A program made the translations under genes and the position numbers. 64,000 nucleotides of DNA from a virus (lineage: Duplodnaviria > Heunggongvirae > Uroviricota > Caudoviricetes). This document shows positions 50,081 to 57,939 of the stretch, piece after piece. A model generated the notes under the pieces. It had not been told where the DNA came from. It did not search any database and saw only the letters and a program-made list of their open reading frames with translations. The stretch lies in IMG/VR virus record IMGVR_UViG_3300032294_001260. One strand, written 5' to 3'. Every line of letters begins with the position of its first letter. The first letter of the stretch is position 1.

Positions 50081-50716
50081 TTACGCGGCATTCTTCACAG
50101 TCTTATCGGTGAGATACCGAGTTGTGAAAGTTCGAAGATCGTGATCAGCGTTCAGTCGCGCCTCCTTCTCGATCTCATCAATCGGGGCAACCTCGGGGTT
50201 GATTACTTCACAGTTCCGTGCCCAGACCCACACAATGTTCTTGTGTGTCGGATACTGCTTGCCGTTCGGCGCGGTGTAGGTGGTCATTTCATCGTCGAGG
50301 GCGATGCCGAGTTTCGGTTCAATCGAAGCGCGATAACCCATACCATATGCGCGACGGATCACGACGACAACCTTACCTTCGGTGCCCTTGGCAGTCCTGC
50401 CGCGCACAACCTTTACCGTGCGACCATTGATCGCGGGATCCTTCGCGGTCGAATTGAACGCGCTAGTCATTTCCTCGACCCGACGATTGTACATGAAGTT
50501 GTGATACCGCTGCAATGCAGCCTCATCAATATCAATGGTCACTTCCTCGTTGTCCCAGAGCAAATCTCTGGCGATTGCACCGCGCTCGTTGATCGAATAT
50601 GCAACGCGACAATACTCCCAGATATCCGACATAACCTGAACCGACTCCGATTGCACCATGTAGGTGGAGTTGACGTTCTCGATGCGGTTTTCGTTCATTC
50701 TGCTACGCTTGATCAT
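50081..50716 (-). CDS. Hypothetical protein
   Basis: 211-aa ORF. It is the first gene downstream of early-promoter cassette copy 0. Confidence 0.4.
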   Translation of the reverse strand: MIKRSRMNENRIENVNSTYMVQSESVQVMSDIWEYCRVAYSINERGAIARDLLWDNEEVTIDIDEAALQRYHNFMYNRRVEEMTSAFNSTAKDPAINGRTVKVVRGRTAKGTEGKVVVVIRRAYGMGYRASIEPKLGIALDDEMTTYTAPNGKQYPTHKNIVWVWARNCEVINPEVAPIDEIEKEARLNADHDLRTFTTRYLTDKTVKNAA

Positions 50717-50740
50717 TTTAATGAATCTCCAGAGGTATTA

Positions 50741-50828
50741 ACTGTTTATCAACCCTATAAGAATATTCTACTTAAAATTTAAAAAAGAATCAATAGGAAA
50801 AATTTACACGAAATCAACGACTTACGCG
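50741..50828 (-). promoter_or_regulatory. Early-promoter cassette copy 0 (sigma70-like TTGATT-17-TAGAAT + conserved ATTCTTATAGGG leader)
   Basis: Member of a roughly 75-nt repeat family (see findings). Confidence 0.5.
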
Positions 50829-51134
50829 CTAGCGGGACAGCATCGCCTTTCGCGCCACCGTCCACTCTTCTTCTTCGCCGACGCGGCAAATTGCATCAGC
50901 CGATGCGCGATCTTGGACCGCTGAGTCTTTTGCCTCCAGAGCCGCCCAGACTAATGTTGCCGCCGCCGTCGCAAATGTCGCGGCATCCGTGTCATATGCC
51001 GCTTTTGCGGCACTCAATGCGGCGGGTGCTGATCGCAAAGTGCACATCTGTTCCCAAGCGGGACCGTAACCACCAGCATCAGCAAAGGTCTGGTGTTGCT
51101 CAAGACGAGTCCACATTTTGCTCAAGGTAGTCAT
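50829..51134 (-). CDS. Paralogue 1 of the GC/Ala-rich small-protein family (MW.RL.QHQ.FAD..GYG.AW..MC..R)
   Basis: 101-aa ORF with the conserved N-terminal motif MTTLSKMWTRLEQHQTFADAGGYGPAWEQMC. Confidence 0.55.
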   Translation of the reverse strand: MTTLSKMWTRLEQHQTFADAGGYGPAWEQMCTLRSAPAALSAAKAAYDTDAATFATAAATLVWAALEAKDSAVQDRASADAICRVGEEEEWTVARKAMLSR

Positions 51135-51142
51135 TAGATTAT

Positions 51143-51245
51143 CCCCGTGTCGATCACTATAAGAGTATTATGATCTAATATCGGGCAAATGTAAAGGTGA
51201 AAAATCTTAATGGAATCAAAGACTTACGATGTTCCCGAAGTTTGT
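51143..51245 (-). promoter_or_regulatory. Early-promoter cassette copy 1 (TTTACA-17-CATAAT, diverged) plus upstream terminator-like hairpin CCCGAA-ACAAAC-UUCGGG
   Basis: Shares cactataaga(g/a)tatta and gaaatcaa..acttac with the other copies. Confidence 0.4.
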
Positions 51246-51275
51246 TTCGGGAACATCTATTAGGGGTAACAAGAA

Positions 51276-51623
51276 TTAGTCAAGCCTCGAACCAGCATAG
51301 GCTTCGATGCCCGCATTACGGAGAACATCAGCATATGCACGAGCATAGGCTTCCTTGCGAGTAATGCTCTGGCCACCTTCACTAACCCAGACGCAAAGAC
51401 CGCTAGGATAGTTTTTGCTTGCAACGCCAGCCTTCTTTGCCCAGCGACCCCAAGCGGTGTTACCTTGGAATTCGATCCACGCGAAACCACAGGCACCCTC
51501 GGCGACAAACCACTGCTGTCCGCCGCGCTCGCTGACCACCATCGGGGTTGGAACGGCGGCGACGAGTGCACGCATACCAGCGTTGTGAGCAGCATCATGA
51601 AGGGAACAAAAATCAAAACTCAT
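51276..51623 (-). CDS. Hypothetical protein (Trp/Gly-rich)
   Basis: 115-aa ORF. Preferred over the overlapping 51260..51616 frame because it looks more protein-like. Confidence 0.4.
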   Translation of the reverse strand: MSFDFCSLHDAAHNAGMRALVAAVPTPMVVSERGGQQWFVAEGACGFAWIEFQGNTAWGRWAKKAGVASKNYPSGLCVWVSEGGQSITRKEAYARAYADVLRNAGIEAYAGSRLD

Positions 51624-51655
51624 ATAGTTTTCCTCACGAAATAAAATAATGAGAA

Positions 51656-51910
51656 TTAAACGCGAAAGTGATCATAATTCCGAATCTTGCTGTTTCGGTT
51701 TGTGGTGTATTCCACAAACTCGACAGACTTACCAGCATTACGCAACGCAGTGATAAGCAACTGCGCATCGAGATCTTCTTCGAGGAAGACCCGATCTTTT
51801 CGCTGATAAGAATAAGAAGAAATGCTGTTCAGATCCACATATTTCTCAAGAGTCTTGCGGCTCACAGAAAGCCAGCCGTGGCCAGGGTCTGAGTAGAAAT
51901 ACAGTTTCAT
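51656..51910 (-). CDS. Hypothetical small protein (MKLYFYSDPGHGWLSVSRKTLEKYV...)
   Basis: ATG at 51910, preceded by AAGGAACGAACT from the cassette. The table ORF starts at an upstream GTG that lies inside the cassette. Confidence 0.45.
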   Translation of the reverse strand: MKLYFYSDPGHGWLSVSRKTLEKYVDLNSISSYSYQRKDRVFLEEDLDAQLLITALRNAGKSVEFVEYTTNRNSKIRNYDHFRV

Positions 51911-51927
51911 AGTTCGTTCCTTGTTAA

Positions 51928-52005
51928 TCACTATAAGAATATTATGCCTAATTCTTGCTAAAAACGCAACAGGAAAAACTCTAATGAAATCAACTACTTA
52001 CGAGA
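51928..52005 (-). promoter_or_regulatory. Early-promoter cassette copy 2 (TTGCGT-17-CATAAT)
   Basis: taatcactataagaatattatgcctaattcttgctaaaaacgcaacaggaaaaactctaatgaaatcaactacttac. Confidence 0.5.
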
Positions 52006-52201
52006 ATGAAAGACGCTGGCGTTCGCCAATTTTCCAAACAGCAGCAACTTCATCGTAGTCCAAACGCAATGGAAGAGAGTTTTTATCGGCGGCGACCCAT
52101 GTCATTTTATGGGGGCTAACCTCGTATCTCGTCACTTCAAAATCCATAGTATAGCCGCTTTTGAAAACGACTCGCAACTTGAATACAGTTTCGAATGTCA
52201 T
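51998..52201 (-). CDS. Small hypothetical protein (67 aa, MTFETVFKLRVVFKSGYTMDFEVTRYEVSPHKMTWVAADKNSLPLRLDYDEVAAVWKIGERQRLSFS)
   Basis: C-terminal in-frame part of table ORF 51998..52414, starting at the internal ATG. The ATG overlaps the stop of paralogue 2 (TAATG). Confidence 0.45.
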   Translation of the reverse strand: MTFETVFKLRVVFKSGYTMDFEVTRYEVSPHKMTWVAADKNSLPLRLDYDEVAAVWKIGERQRLSFS

Positions 52202-52491
52202 TAGATCCTCTCCGCTTTGTTGATGCGGTTGATCACATACGCTGCCATCTGCTCCGCAACCTCCGCCGCCGACGTCGCCGTCCCCGTCGCCGAAACGACC
52301 TGTACGACCCTCGCAGCCCACTCCGCCCATGCCGCATCCGCCCCCACAACCTCCGCCGAATACGCCGCCGCCTTCGCCGCCTCTGGTGTGCGCTCCTTGC
52401 ACATGGTCTTCCAAGCATCACCATAGCCGCGTTCGTCTGCAAAGGACTGATGCTGCTCAAGACGCGCCCACATCTTTTTAAGGTCACTCAC
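52201..52491 (-). CDS. Paralogue 2 of the GC/Ala-rich family
   Basis: MSDLKKMWARLEQHQSFADERGYGDAWKTMCKERT... with Ala-rich centre and the ...INKAERI C-terminus. Confidence 0.55.
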   Translation of the reverse strand: MSDLKKMWARLEQHQSFADERGYGDAWKTMCKERTPEAAKAAAYSAEVVGADAAWAEWAARVVQVVSATGTATSAAEVAEQMAAYVINRINKAERI

Positions 52492-52763
52492 GGCTTTATC
52501 TCCCTCATCGTGTCGATGGCGAGTTCGCTATATTGGTCAACCCTCGCCGCAGCAGCCGCCACCGCAGCCCTCGCTTCTGCCGCAGCCCTCGCAAACCACG
52601 CCGCTTCCGACGCCTCGAACGCGCCCGCCGCAGCCGCTGCCTGCCATGCCTCCCACGCAGTATCAGCCGTTCGCTTTCGGCACATTTTGCGCCACGCTTT
52701 AGCGTACTTGGACTTCGGCTTGTGCGCTTCCAGCACCGCCCACATTGTGTCAAGATTAGTCAT
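52488..52763 (-). CDS. Paralogue 3 of the GC/Ala-rich family
   Basis: Internal ATG of table ORF 52488..52970: MTNLDTMWAVLEAHKPKSKYAKAWRKMCRKRT.... TAATG overlap with paralogue 4. Confidence 0.5.
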   Translation of the reverse strand: MTNLDTMWAVLEAHKPKSKYAKAWRKMCRKRTADTAWEAWQAAAAAGAFEASEAAWFARAAAEARAAVAAAAARVDQYSELAIDTMREIKP

Positions 52764-53047
52764 TAGATGTTCTCCGCTTTGTTGATGAAACAAATCGCTT
52801 CCGCCGCCGAATACGCCGCCGATGCCGCAGCCCTCGCCGCCCACGCCGCATTCGCCGCATACGCCGCACCCGCCGCCCACGCCTCCCTCGCCTCCTCCCA
52901 CGCCTCCCTCGCCTCCCTCGCCGCCGCCTCCGCTGCCTTTGGTGTGCGCTCTTCGCACATCCGCTTCCATTTCTTTCCATAGCCGCGCTCATCTGCGATC
53001 GGCTGGTGTTCTGCGAGACGAATCCACATTGTGTCAAGATTAGTCAT
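52763..53047 (-). CDS. Paralogue 4 of the GC/Ala-rich family
   Basis: MTNLDTMWIRLAEHQPIADERGYGKKWKRMCEERT...AAEAICFINKAENI. Confidence 0.55.
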   Translation of the reverse strand: MTNLDTMWIRLAEHQPIADERGYGKKWKRMCEERTPKAAEAAAREAREAWEEAREAWAAGAAYAANAAWAARAAASAAYSAAEAICFINKAENI

Positions 53048-53349
53048 TAGATGTTCTCCGCTTTGTTGATGTACCAGATCGCGTCTTCTGCATACTCAAC
53101 CAGAGACCCCGTTGTCGCAGCCCACGCCATCATCGCCGCATCCGCAGCCGAGCGCAACCTAGCCTTCTGCGCTGATGCCCCAGCCCACGCCGCATCCAAC
53201 GCTGCGGCTTTTAACGTCGCTCCCGCAATTGTTGCTACATCTGGTGTGCGCTCTTGGCACATTGTGCGCCAAACATCGCCGTAACCACCAGCATCGGCAA
53301 AGGACTGATGCTGCGCGAGACGAGTCCACATTTCGTTAAGGTTTGTCAT
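53047..53349 (-). CDS. Paralogue 5 of the GC/Ala-rich family
   Basis: MTNLNEMWTRLAQHQSFADAGGYGDVWRTMCQERT...AIWYINKAENI. The start is taken at the ATG behind the cassette SD. TAATG overlap with paralogue 4. Confidence 0.55.
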   Translation of the reverse strand: MTNLNEMWTRLAQHQSFADAGGYGDVWRTMCQERTPDVATIAGATLKAAALDAAWAGASAQKARLRSAADAAMMAWAATTGSLVEYAEDAIWYINKAENI

Positions 53350-53356
53350 TGTTAGT

Positions 53357-53436
53357 TCCTTGTTAATCACTATAAGAATATAGTGCCTAATTCTTACTAA
53401 AAACGCAACAAGAAAAACTCTAATGAAATCAATGAC
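53357..53436 (-). promoter_or_regulatory. Early-promoter cassette copy 3
   Basis: taatcactataagaatatagtgcctaattcttactaaaacgcaacaagaaaaactctaatgaaatcaatgacttag. Confidence 0.5.
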
Positions 53437-53811
53437 TTAGACAATCCCGAGTTTTGCATTCATCTCGTTGATTTCTTCTGGGGTGGCGATCTTCAATGCG
53501 CTAGGTCGCTGCTGCTTGATTCGCAACATCCGCTGAGATCCAGCCTTAAGGCGCTTGGCTTCTGCCTTGGCAGCACGCGCAGCCGCTTTTTCAGCACGCT
53601 TCGCCTCACGCGCTGCCTTCACAGCCGCACGATGATCTTCCTTCACGATGCGATCTATCCGCGTCTCGCGGCGAATCTCGGCGCGGAGAGCACTCTGCAT
53701 CTGTCGCGACACCTTAATCGCCTCGCGAGTCGCCTTTATGGCACCGATCATATCCTTCACAACCTGACGCTCACGAGCCAGATTCGCCTTCATTTCGTTA
53801 AGACTACTCAT
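53437..53811 (-). CDS. Basic coiled-coil protein (Lys/Arg/Ala-rich, histone H1-like composition)
   Basis: 124-aa ORF. RAAVKAAREAKRAEKAAARAAKAEAKRLKAG. Confidence 0.45.
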   Translation of the reverse strand: MSSLNEMKANLARERQVVKDMIGAIKATREAIKVSRQMQSALRAEIRRETRIDRIVKEDHRAAVKAAREAKRAEKAAARAAKAEAKRLKAGSQRMLRIKQQRPSALKIATPEEINEMNAKLGIV

Positions 53812-54116
53812 GGCTTTACCACTGTGATCGCGTCGATGGCGCGTTGAGCGTCGTAGTCAGTCATCGCCGCCTTGACTGTCGCATCCGCCGCAAAAGTCGC
53901 CGCCCGATTCGCCCACGACGCCTCCGCCGCAACCTTCCCAGCCTTCGCCGAATACGCCGCGTTCGCTGCAACCATCGCCGCATCCGCCGCAGCCCTCCCC
54001 GCTTTAACGGTGCGCTCCTTGCACATTGTTTTCCACGCATCTCCATAGCCTCGCCTGTCTGCGATAGGCTGATGTTGCGCAAGATGGTTCCACATTTCGT
54101 TTACAGTAAGACCCAT
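53808..54116 (-). CDS. Paralogue 6 of the GC/Ala-rich family
   Basis: MGLTVNEMWNHLAQHQPIADRRGYGDAWKTMCKERT.... Confidence 0.55.
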   Translation of the reverse strand: MGLTVNEMWNHLAQHQPIADRRGYGDAWKTMCKERTVKAGRAAADAAMVAANAAYSAKAGKVAAEASWANRAATFAADATVKAAMTDYDAQRAIDAITVVKP

Positions 54117-54127
54117 AAAATTCTCCT

Positions 54128-54358
54128 TTAAAAGTTACGAAGATTGAACTGCCCACGAGTGGTCAGTTCCATGATAACATTAGCCATTTTGACAATCATC
54201 TCATCCTTGTTCTCGACACCACGAACCTTGTTGTCGATACCAAGTTCGCCACCAAATACCTCAACAAAATCAAAAGTGCTGTGGGCACTTTGGCGACCGA
54301 TCTTGATGACCTGTTTTGTAGCAGTGTTCATTTTAGAAATCATCCTAGAAATCCTCAT
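54128..54358 (-). CDS. Hypothetical small protein
   Basis: 76-aa ORF downstream of cassette copy 4. Confidence 0.4.
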   Translation of the reverse strand: MRISRMISKMNTATKQVIKIGRQSAHSTFDFVEVFGGELGIDNKVRGVENKDEMIVKMANVIMELTTRGQFNLRNF

Positions 54359-54389
54359 TTACTACAGAGAGAGCATTTCCCCATCCGAT

Positions 54390-54465
54390 AAGACAATTAT
54401 GCTTGAAACGATTGAAAAACGCAATAGTAAAAACTCTAATGAAATCAACTACTTACACGTGCCCG
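54390..54465 (-). promoter_or_regulatory. Early-promoter cassette copy 4 (TTGCGT-17-CATAAT)
   Basis: gataagacaattatgcttgaaacgattgaaaaacgcaatagtaaaaactctaatgaaatcaactacttac. Confidence 0.5.
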
Positions 54466-54699
54466 TTTCGGGCGCGGTCGAATGAGAGACATCGCGTAGC
54501 GGATGTCATTTTCGTTTCCCACCGACTTGCTGCCGCAGTCGTACCCCTCAAACCAATACTCATCGCACAAGTGTAGGAACACGCGACCGTCATCCATGCC
54601 CGCTCCCTCAATCTCATCGATGCGCGGGTCGGCTGCGACTTTTACGAGCGCTCGCATCGGCGAGAAACCATTGGCGTCGGTGATCTTGGCGCGGCTCAT
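54445..54699 (-). CDS. Hypothetical protein
   Basis: 84-aa ORF. Confidence 0.4.
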   Translation of the reverse strand: MSRAKITDANGFSPMRALVKVAADPRIDEIEGAGMDDGRVFLHLCDEYWFEGYDCGSKSVGNENDIRYAMSLIRPRPKRARVSS

Positions 54700-55031
54700 G
54701 CCGCATTCCGCTGCTGTTGTGCGGCACCCGACTCGATCTCGGCGAGGGCTGCGTCAATCAGCCCATCACCGACGCGCTCAAGGTCGCGCTCCAGTGACCA
54801 ACGACGGTACTCAAAGTCTTGAATCCCCGCCCTATTGGCAAGGGCATTCAGCCGCATGACGTTCGGCCTGTCACCGTTATTATAAAAACGGTAATACAAG
54901 TTCATGAACCTACGATAGTTTTCAAGGGCGGGCGTGTTGCAAGAACCCATGAAAGGAATGTACAACTGGACCGAATTGGTCTCCGCTTCGCGCCGTCCGT
55001 TCCAGAGAGTTTCAAGATTGTTGATGTTCAT
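54696..55031 (-). CDS. Hypothetical protein
   Basis: 111-aa ORF downstream of cassette copy 5 (SD AGGAGA). Confidence 0.4.
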   Translation of the reverse strand: MNINNLETLWNGRREAETNSVQLYIPFMGSCNTPALENYRRFMNLYYRFYNNGDRPNVMRLNALANRAGIQDFEYRRWSLERDLERVGDGLIDAALAEIESGAAQQQRNAA

Positions 55032-55057
55032 GTGAATCTCCTAATTCCTGATCCAAT

Positions 55058-55130
55058 AAAACAATTATGCTTGAAATGATCGAAAAACGCAATAGTAAAA
55101 ACTCTAATGAAATCAATAACTTGCGTGTGG
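55058..55130 (-). promoter_or_regulatory. Early-promoter cassette copy 5
   Basis: aataaaacaattatgcttgaaatgatcgaaaaacgcaatagtaaaaactctaatgaaatcaataacttgc. Confidence 0.5.
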
Positions 55131-55225
55131 CCGTAAAACCTCCTGCAATCGGTTTACAGCGGATCTATCTGGGGTGGGGATAAGGTTAGGGGATTGGGGG
55201 CAGAACGCCGCCAATAGGACTGTAT

Positions 55226-55438
55226 TCAGTTTTCGCTTGAATAAGTTATTTTCCACTGTTTCTGAACAGATGTTTGGACGAACGTCCTAGTGGAAGGGTC
55301 AGCACCGAAGTCGCGAACGTATACGGTCTTGCCGCCGTCGGGACTTTCATAAATTTTAGCAGGTCTGTCTACTTCAATGTGCTGACCGTCGCTGGATGCT
55401 TTACAGACTGCTGCTTCTGTGTAAAAAATCGTGTTCAC
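55226..55438 (-). CDS. Hypothetical small protein
   Basis: 70-aa ORF, ATGA-coupled to the glutaredoxin gene. Confidence 0.4.
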   Translation of the reverse strand: MNTIFYTEAAVCKASSDGQHIEVDRPAKIYESPDGGKTVYVRDFGADPSTRTFVQTSVQKQWKITYSSEN

Positions 55439-55665
55439 TGATTCACTCCAAAGTGTTTCACGAGATCATCGTGTCCGCCGATGTATTCACCGTCGAGAAA
55501 AATCTGCGGCACGGTGCGAGCAAGGGGAACGGACTCAAGAAGTTGATCCTTTGTGTACCCGAACCCGATGACTCTTTCTTCGATCTCGTATCCTTTGTTA
55601 CGAAGAAGAACTTTTGCTTTAACACAATACGGACAAGACTCTTTAGACCAAACAATTGCTTTCAT
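55435..55665 (-). CDS. nrdC: Glutaredoxin (CPYC active site), T4 NrdC-like
   Basis: 76-aa ORF MKAIVWSKESCPYCVKAKVLL...TVPQIFLDGEYIGG. The redox motif and the glutaredoxin fold pattern are classic. SD TAGGAGAAATC. Confidence 0.8.
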   Translation of the reverse strand: MKAIVWSKESCPYCVKAKVLLRNKGYEIEERVIGFGYTKDQLLESVPLARTVPQIFLDGEYIGGHDDLVKHFGVNQ

Positions 55666-55687
55666 GATTTCTCCTAAAGATATGAAT

Positions 55688-55761
55688 TGGTAGCGGGGGA
55701 TGGAATTGCACCACCGACCCTCGGATTATGAGTCCGATGTTCTGCTACTGAACTACCCCGC
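55688..55761 (-). tRNA. tRNA with anticodon CAU (Met or Ile2/lysidine type); 6-bp GC acceptor stem, unusual T-loop UGCAAUU
   Basis: Hand-folded. D-arm GUUC/GAAC. Anticodon arm UCGGA-CUCAUAA-UCCGA. T-stem GGUGG/CCAUC. Ends ...CCCCCGCUACCA. Confidence 0.5.
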
Positions 55762-55865
55762 AATTTTATTCTTTTGCTGCTTTTTCTTCCCGAAGATGCG
55801 TTCCCAGTTCTCATCAAACTGTTTTCTGGGAACACTCAGCGGTCTAGGCTTACTACCCTTTCCGC

Positions 55866-56438
55866 TCACGCCGCTTTCCTCCAGACTCGACTGGTCTTTG
55901 GAATGCTTGCCTTCAAGAATTCCATTTGGTCCGCAAGAACCTTTCGATTCTTCAAAAGAATTCTTTCATGCACTGTTGGTGCATACGGAACATAGAGCAG
56001 ATGCATCTTTGCTTCTTCTGGTGTCTTCCAGCCCTTACGATGATTGCACACACGGCATGCAGTCACACAGTTTGACCAGTAATTCTTACCGCCGCGTGAC
56101 TTTGGCAGCACGTGATCGATGGTCAATTGGCTAGTGTTGAATTCATCACCACAATATGCGCAGATGTACTGATCGCGGGCATACAGCGTCATACGATCAG
56201 CGAACACAGTCTGTGTGTTGTAAAACTTGTCGCCAAGAATAGGACCACTCACACCGATGATTGACGAAATGTCAATCCGTGATTGTTCTCCATACTGGTT
56301 GTATCCACCCAGCATGGTCTTCAATTTTTCGCCGAGTTCCCAAACGACCTTTTCCTTTGCGTAATAGCAAGCAGCGATTTCAAAATCGCACCAGTCTTTT
56401 GGAGCACCACCCTTGTCTACAACCAATACCAATGACAC
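55866..56438 (-). CDS. HNH endonuclease (McrA-like; DHVLPKSRGG...NCVTACRVCNHRKG), GTG start
   Basis: 190-aa ORF. SD AAGGAG sits 9 nt upstream of the GTG. It is preceded by TATAAATA (56469-56476, minus strand). Confidence 0.7.
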   Translation of the reverse strand: MSLVLVVDKGGAPKDWCDFEIAACYYAKEKVVWELGEKLKTMLGGYNQYGEQSRIDISSIIGVSGPILGDKFYNTQTVFADRMTLYARDQYICAYCGDEFNTSQLTIDHVLPKSRGGKNYWSNCVTACRVCNHRKGWKTPEEAKMHLLYVPYAPTVHERILLKNRKVLADQMEFLKASIPKTSRVWRKAA

Positions 56439-56468
56439 GACACAATCTCCTTCAATTTAACATCACAA

Positions 56469-56476
56469 TATTTATA
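56469..56476 (-). promoter_or_regulatory. TATAAATA late-promoter-like motif upstream of the HNH gene
   Basis: The plus strand reads tatttata. Confidence 0.35.
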
Positions 56477-56510
56477 TTATAAATCTAAATTTATTAAAAA
56501 TCAAGCAATA

Positions 56511-57641
56511 TTAATTTTCACCCTTTTTGGCTACTGCAATACCATTGTTGTGTTCAACGGCGAAATTACCCGCTCTTTCAATGTTTGGACCGCCGCCCTT
56601 AAATTTAAGGCCAGCAATAACACCCCGATTTTCTGGAATACCGTGGATGGCTTTGTCTAAATGACGGTGATCATGTTCGTCGCCATCAATAACGGGATAT
56701 GATTTACCAGTTTCTTCATCATGAACATGTGTCGGAAGTGGAGTTGATGATTTTTTACCGCGTGATGGAATGTTAAATGCCATCGCCGCAACACCACCTC
56801 TATCTAGATGTCTACGAACTTGATTCCAATTACTTTCGTCGTGATTCAATCCAGTTGATGATAGGGTAAGATGATAATTTGATGGCTTTCTTTTATGATT
56901 AGTTCTACCAGCAATTTTAGTATAATCATAGAATGAAACGTCGCCATGCTTTTCAAATAATTTTGGTGCTAGATGTTCATGAGGAATATCTGACAAAACA
57001 TTTAAACGAACTGCAAGTTTTTTACCCTTTCTAGTCGCAGTTTTCTTTGCATTCTCAATTTCATTGTCGAGTTTAGCGTAAAACAAATGTGGGTGATCGA
57101 AGAATTTGAGTGTTTTGTTGATACGTCCGCGACGTACATTTGACATTGTACCGCGACCCGCAGCAGATCCTAAGCAAGCAGCCTTACATTCTTTTGATGC
57201 TGCTGGGCACACATCAATACCAGACATGGTTGACGGTGCCAGTGACAGAGCCTTAGTAGTATATTCTGGAATCTTTTCACCAGACTTGGCTAACTTTGGA
57301 TTCGATGCTTCGTTCCCCAAAAGATTCCCTTCTCCGAGAACTCTCTTCGCTTCTGTTCTCATTGCTCGCTGTTCTTCTGGAGAAGCATTAAAATATTTTT
57401 CCGCCCCCTCACGAACTTTATGCCAGTGATTCCCGCCCTCTTCACTCGGTGAAGGAATGCCGCTAGATGGGGTGGTTGGATGTTCTGATGCAACATGAAC
57501 ATTAGGATTTTCAACCTTTATGGGAATATCGGTCAATTTCATCTCATCAAGAACGCCCTCAAACAAAGAAATGAAATTATCCATTTCAAAAGAGAATTCT
57601 TTGAGTTCTTTTTCGACAATATATTGCTTAAATCCTAACAT
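56511..57641 (-). CDS. Hypothetical protein with Cys cluster (GIDVCPAASKECKAACLGSAAGRG) and His-rich C-terminal region
   Basis: 376-aa ORF. Confidence 0.45.
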   Translation of the reverse strand: MLGFKQYIVEKELKEFSFEMDNFISLFEGVLDEMKLTDIPIKVENPNVHVASEHPTTPSSGIPSPSEEGGNHWHKVREGAEKYFNASPEEQRAMRTEAKRVLGEGNLLGNEASNPKLAKSGEKIPEYTTKALSLAPSTMSGIDVCPAASKECKAACLGSAAGRGTMSNVRRGRINKTLKFFDHPHLFYAKLDNEIENAKKTATRKGKKLAVRLNVLSDIPHEHLAPKLFEKHGDVSFYDYTKIAGRTNHKRKPSNYHLTLSSTGLNHDESNWNQVRRHLDRGGVAAMAFNIPSRGKKSSTPLPTHVHDEETGKSYPVIDGDEHDHRHLDKAIHGIPENRGVIAGLKFKGGGPNIERAGNFAVEHNNGIAVAKKGEN

Positions 57642-57699
57642 TTGAAGGCACCTTTAGTTAAGGGGATGAGTATTTTATATTTATGTTTTTCCCGTTTTA

Positions 57700-57936
57700 T
57701 CAGAAAGATATGGCCAAAACGGTCAGTTGTTTGGACGCAGTTTGGCCTTCTCCGATATAGAGACTTTCTGGAGAATTCCACTGGGTAGGTGACGCTTGGA
57801 CGTTGTTTTCTTTTAAAAATTTGATCAAATCGTCTACTTTTTCGGATTCCACCGAAATGTAGGCTTCGCTTAGATTGACTGCGCTGATCTGATCAATTAG
57901 ATCTAAAACGTTCTGATATTCCATAATATACTCCAA
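57700..57936 (-). CDS. Hypothetical protein
   Basis: 78-aa ORF. Confidence 0.35.
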   Translation of the reverse strand: MEYIMEYQNVLDLIDQISAVNLSEAYISVESEKVDDLIKFLKENNVQASPTQWNSPESLYIGEGQTASKQLTVLAISF

Positions 57937-57939
57937 GAA

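Noticed and set aside
51998-53037. Gly/Arg-rich ORFs in the paralogue array (N-terminal part of 51998-52414, 52233-52487, 52505-52753, 52756-53037, 52195-52785 plus-strand, 53861-54082 and others)
   Set aside because: They are frame-shifted or antisense readings of the Ala-codon-rich (GCC/GCG) paralogue genes. The conserved MW.RL.QHQ..AD..GYG motif, the TAATG coupling and the cassette SDs identify the Ala-rich frame as the coding one.
53331-53372. Apparent frameshift in paralogue 5 around 53341 when the printed sequence (…ttaag/ggtttg…) is read literally, plus a one-base shorter A-run in cassette copy 3
   Set aside because: The ORF table (computed from the same window) shows an intact ORF 53047-53370, and the flanking coordinates are in register. 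I treat this as a transcription or indexing ambiguity of +/-1 nt rather than a biological frameshift. The table coordinates are used.
52201-54116. Diversity-generating retroelement (DGR) as the source of the hypervariable Ala/Trp-rich segments
   Set aside because: No reverse transcriptase gene and no template-repeat/variable-repeat pair with adenine-specific mismatches are visible in the window. The variation looks like ordinary paralogue divergence or slippage in low-complexity sequence.
50741-55135. Is the repeated ~75-nt element a CRISPR array?
   Set aside because: The units are 70-100 nt with internal -35/-10/SD structure. They are separated by 300-1300 bp that clearly encode proteins, and they sit in a fixed orientation relative to those genes. 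This is inconsistent with 25-50-nt CRISPR repeats and 30-40-nt spacers.
55700-56482. Plus-strand ORFs 55700-56134, 55774-55995 and 56261-56482
   Set aside because: They are antisense to the HNH endonuclease gene and tRNA. They lack SDs. Every convincing gene in this half of the window is on the minus strand.
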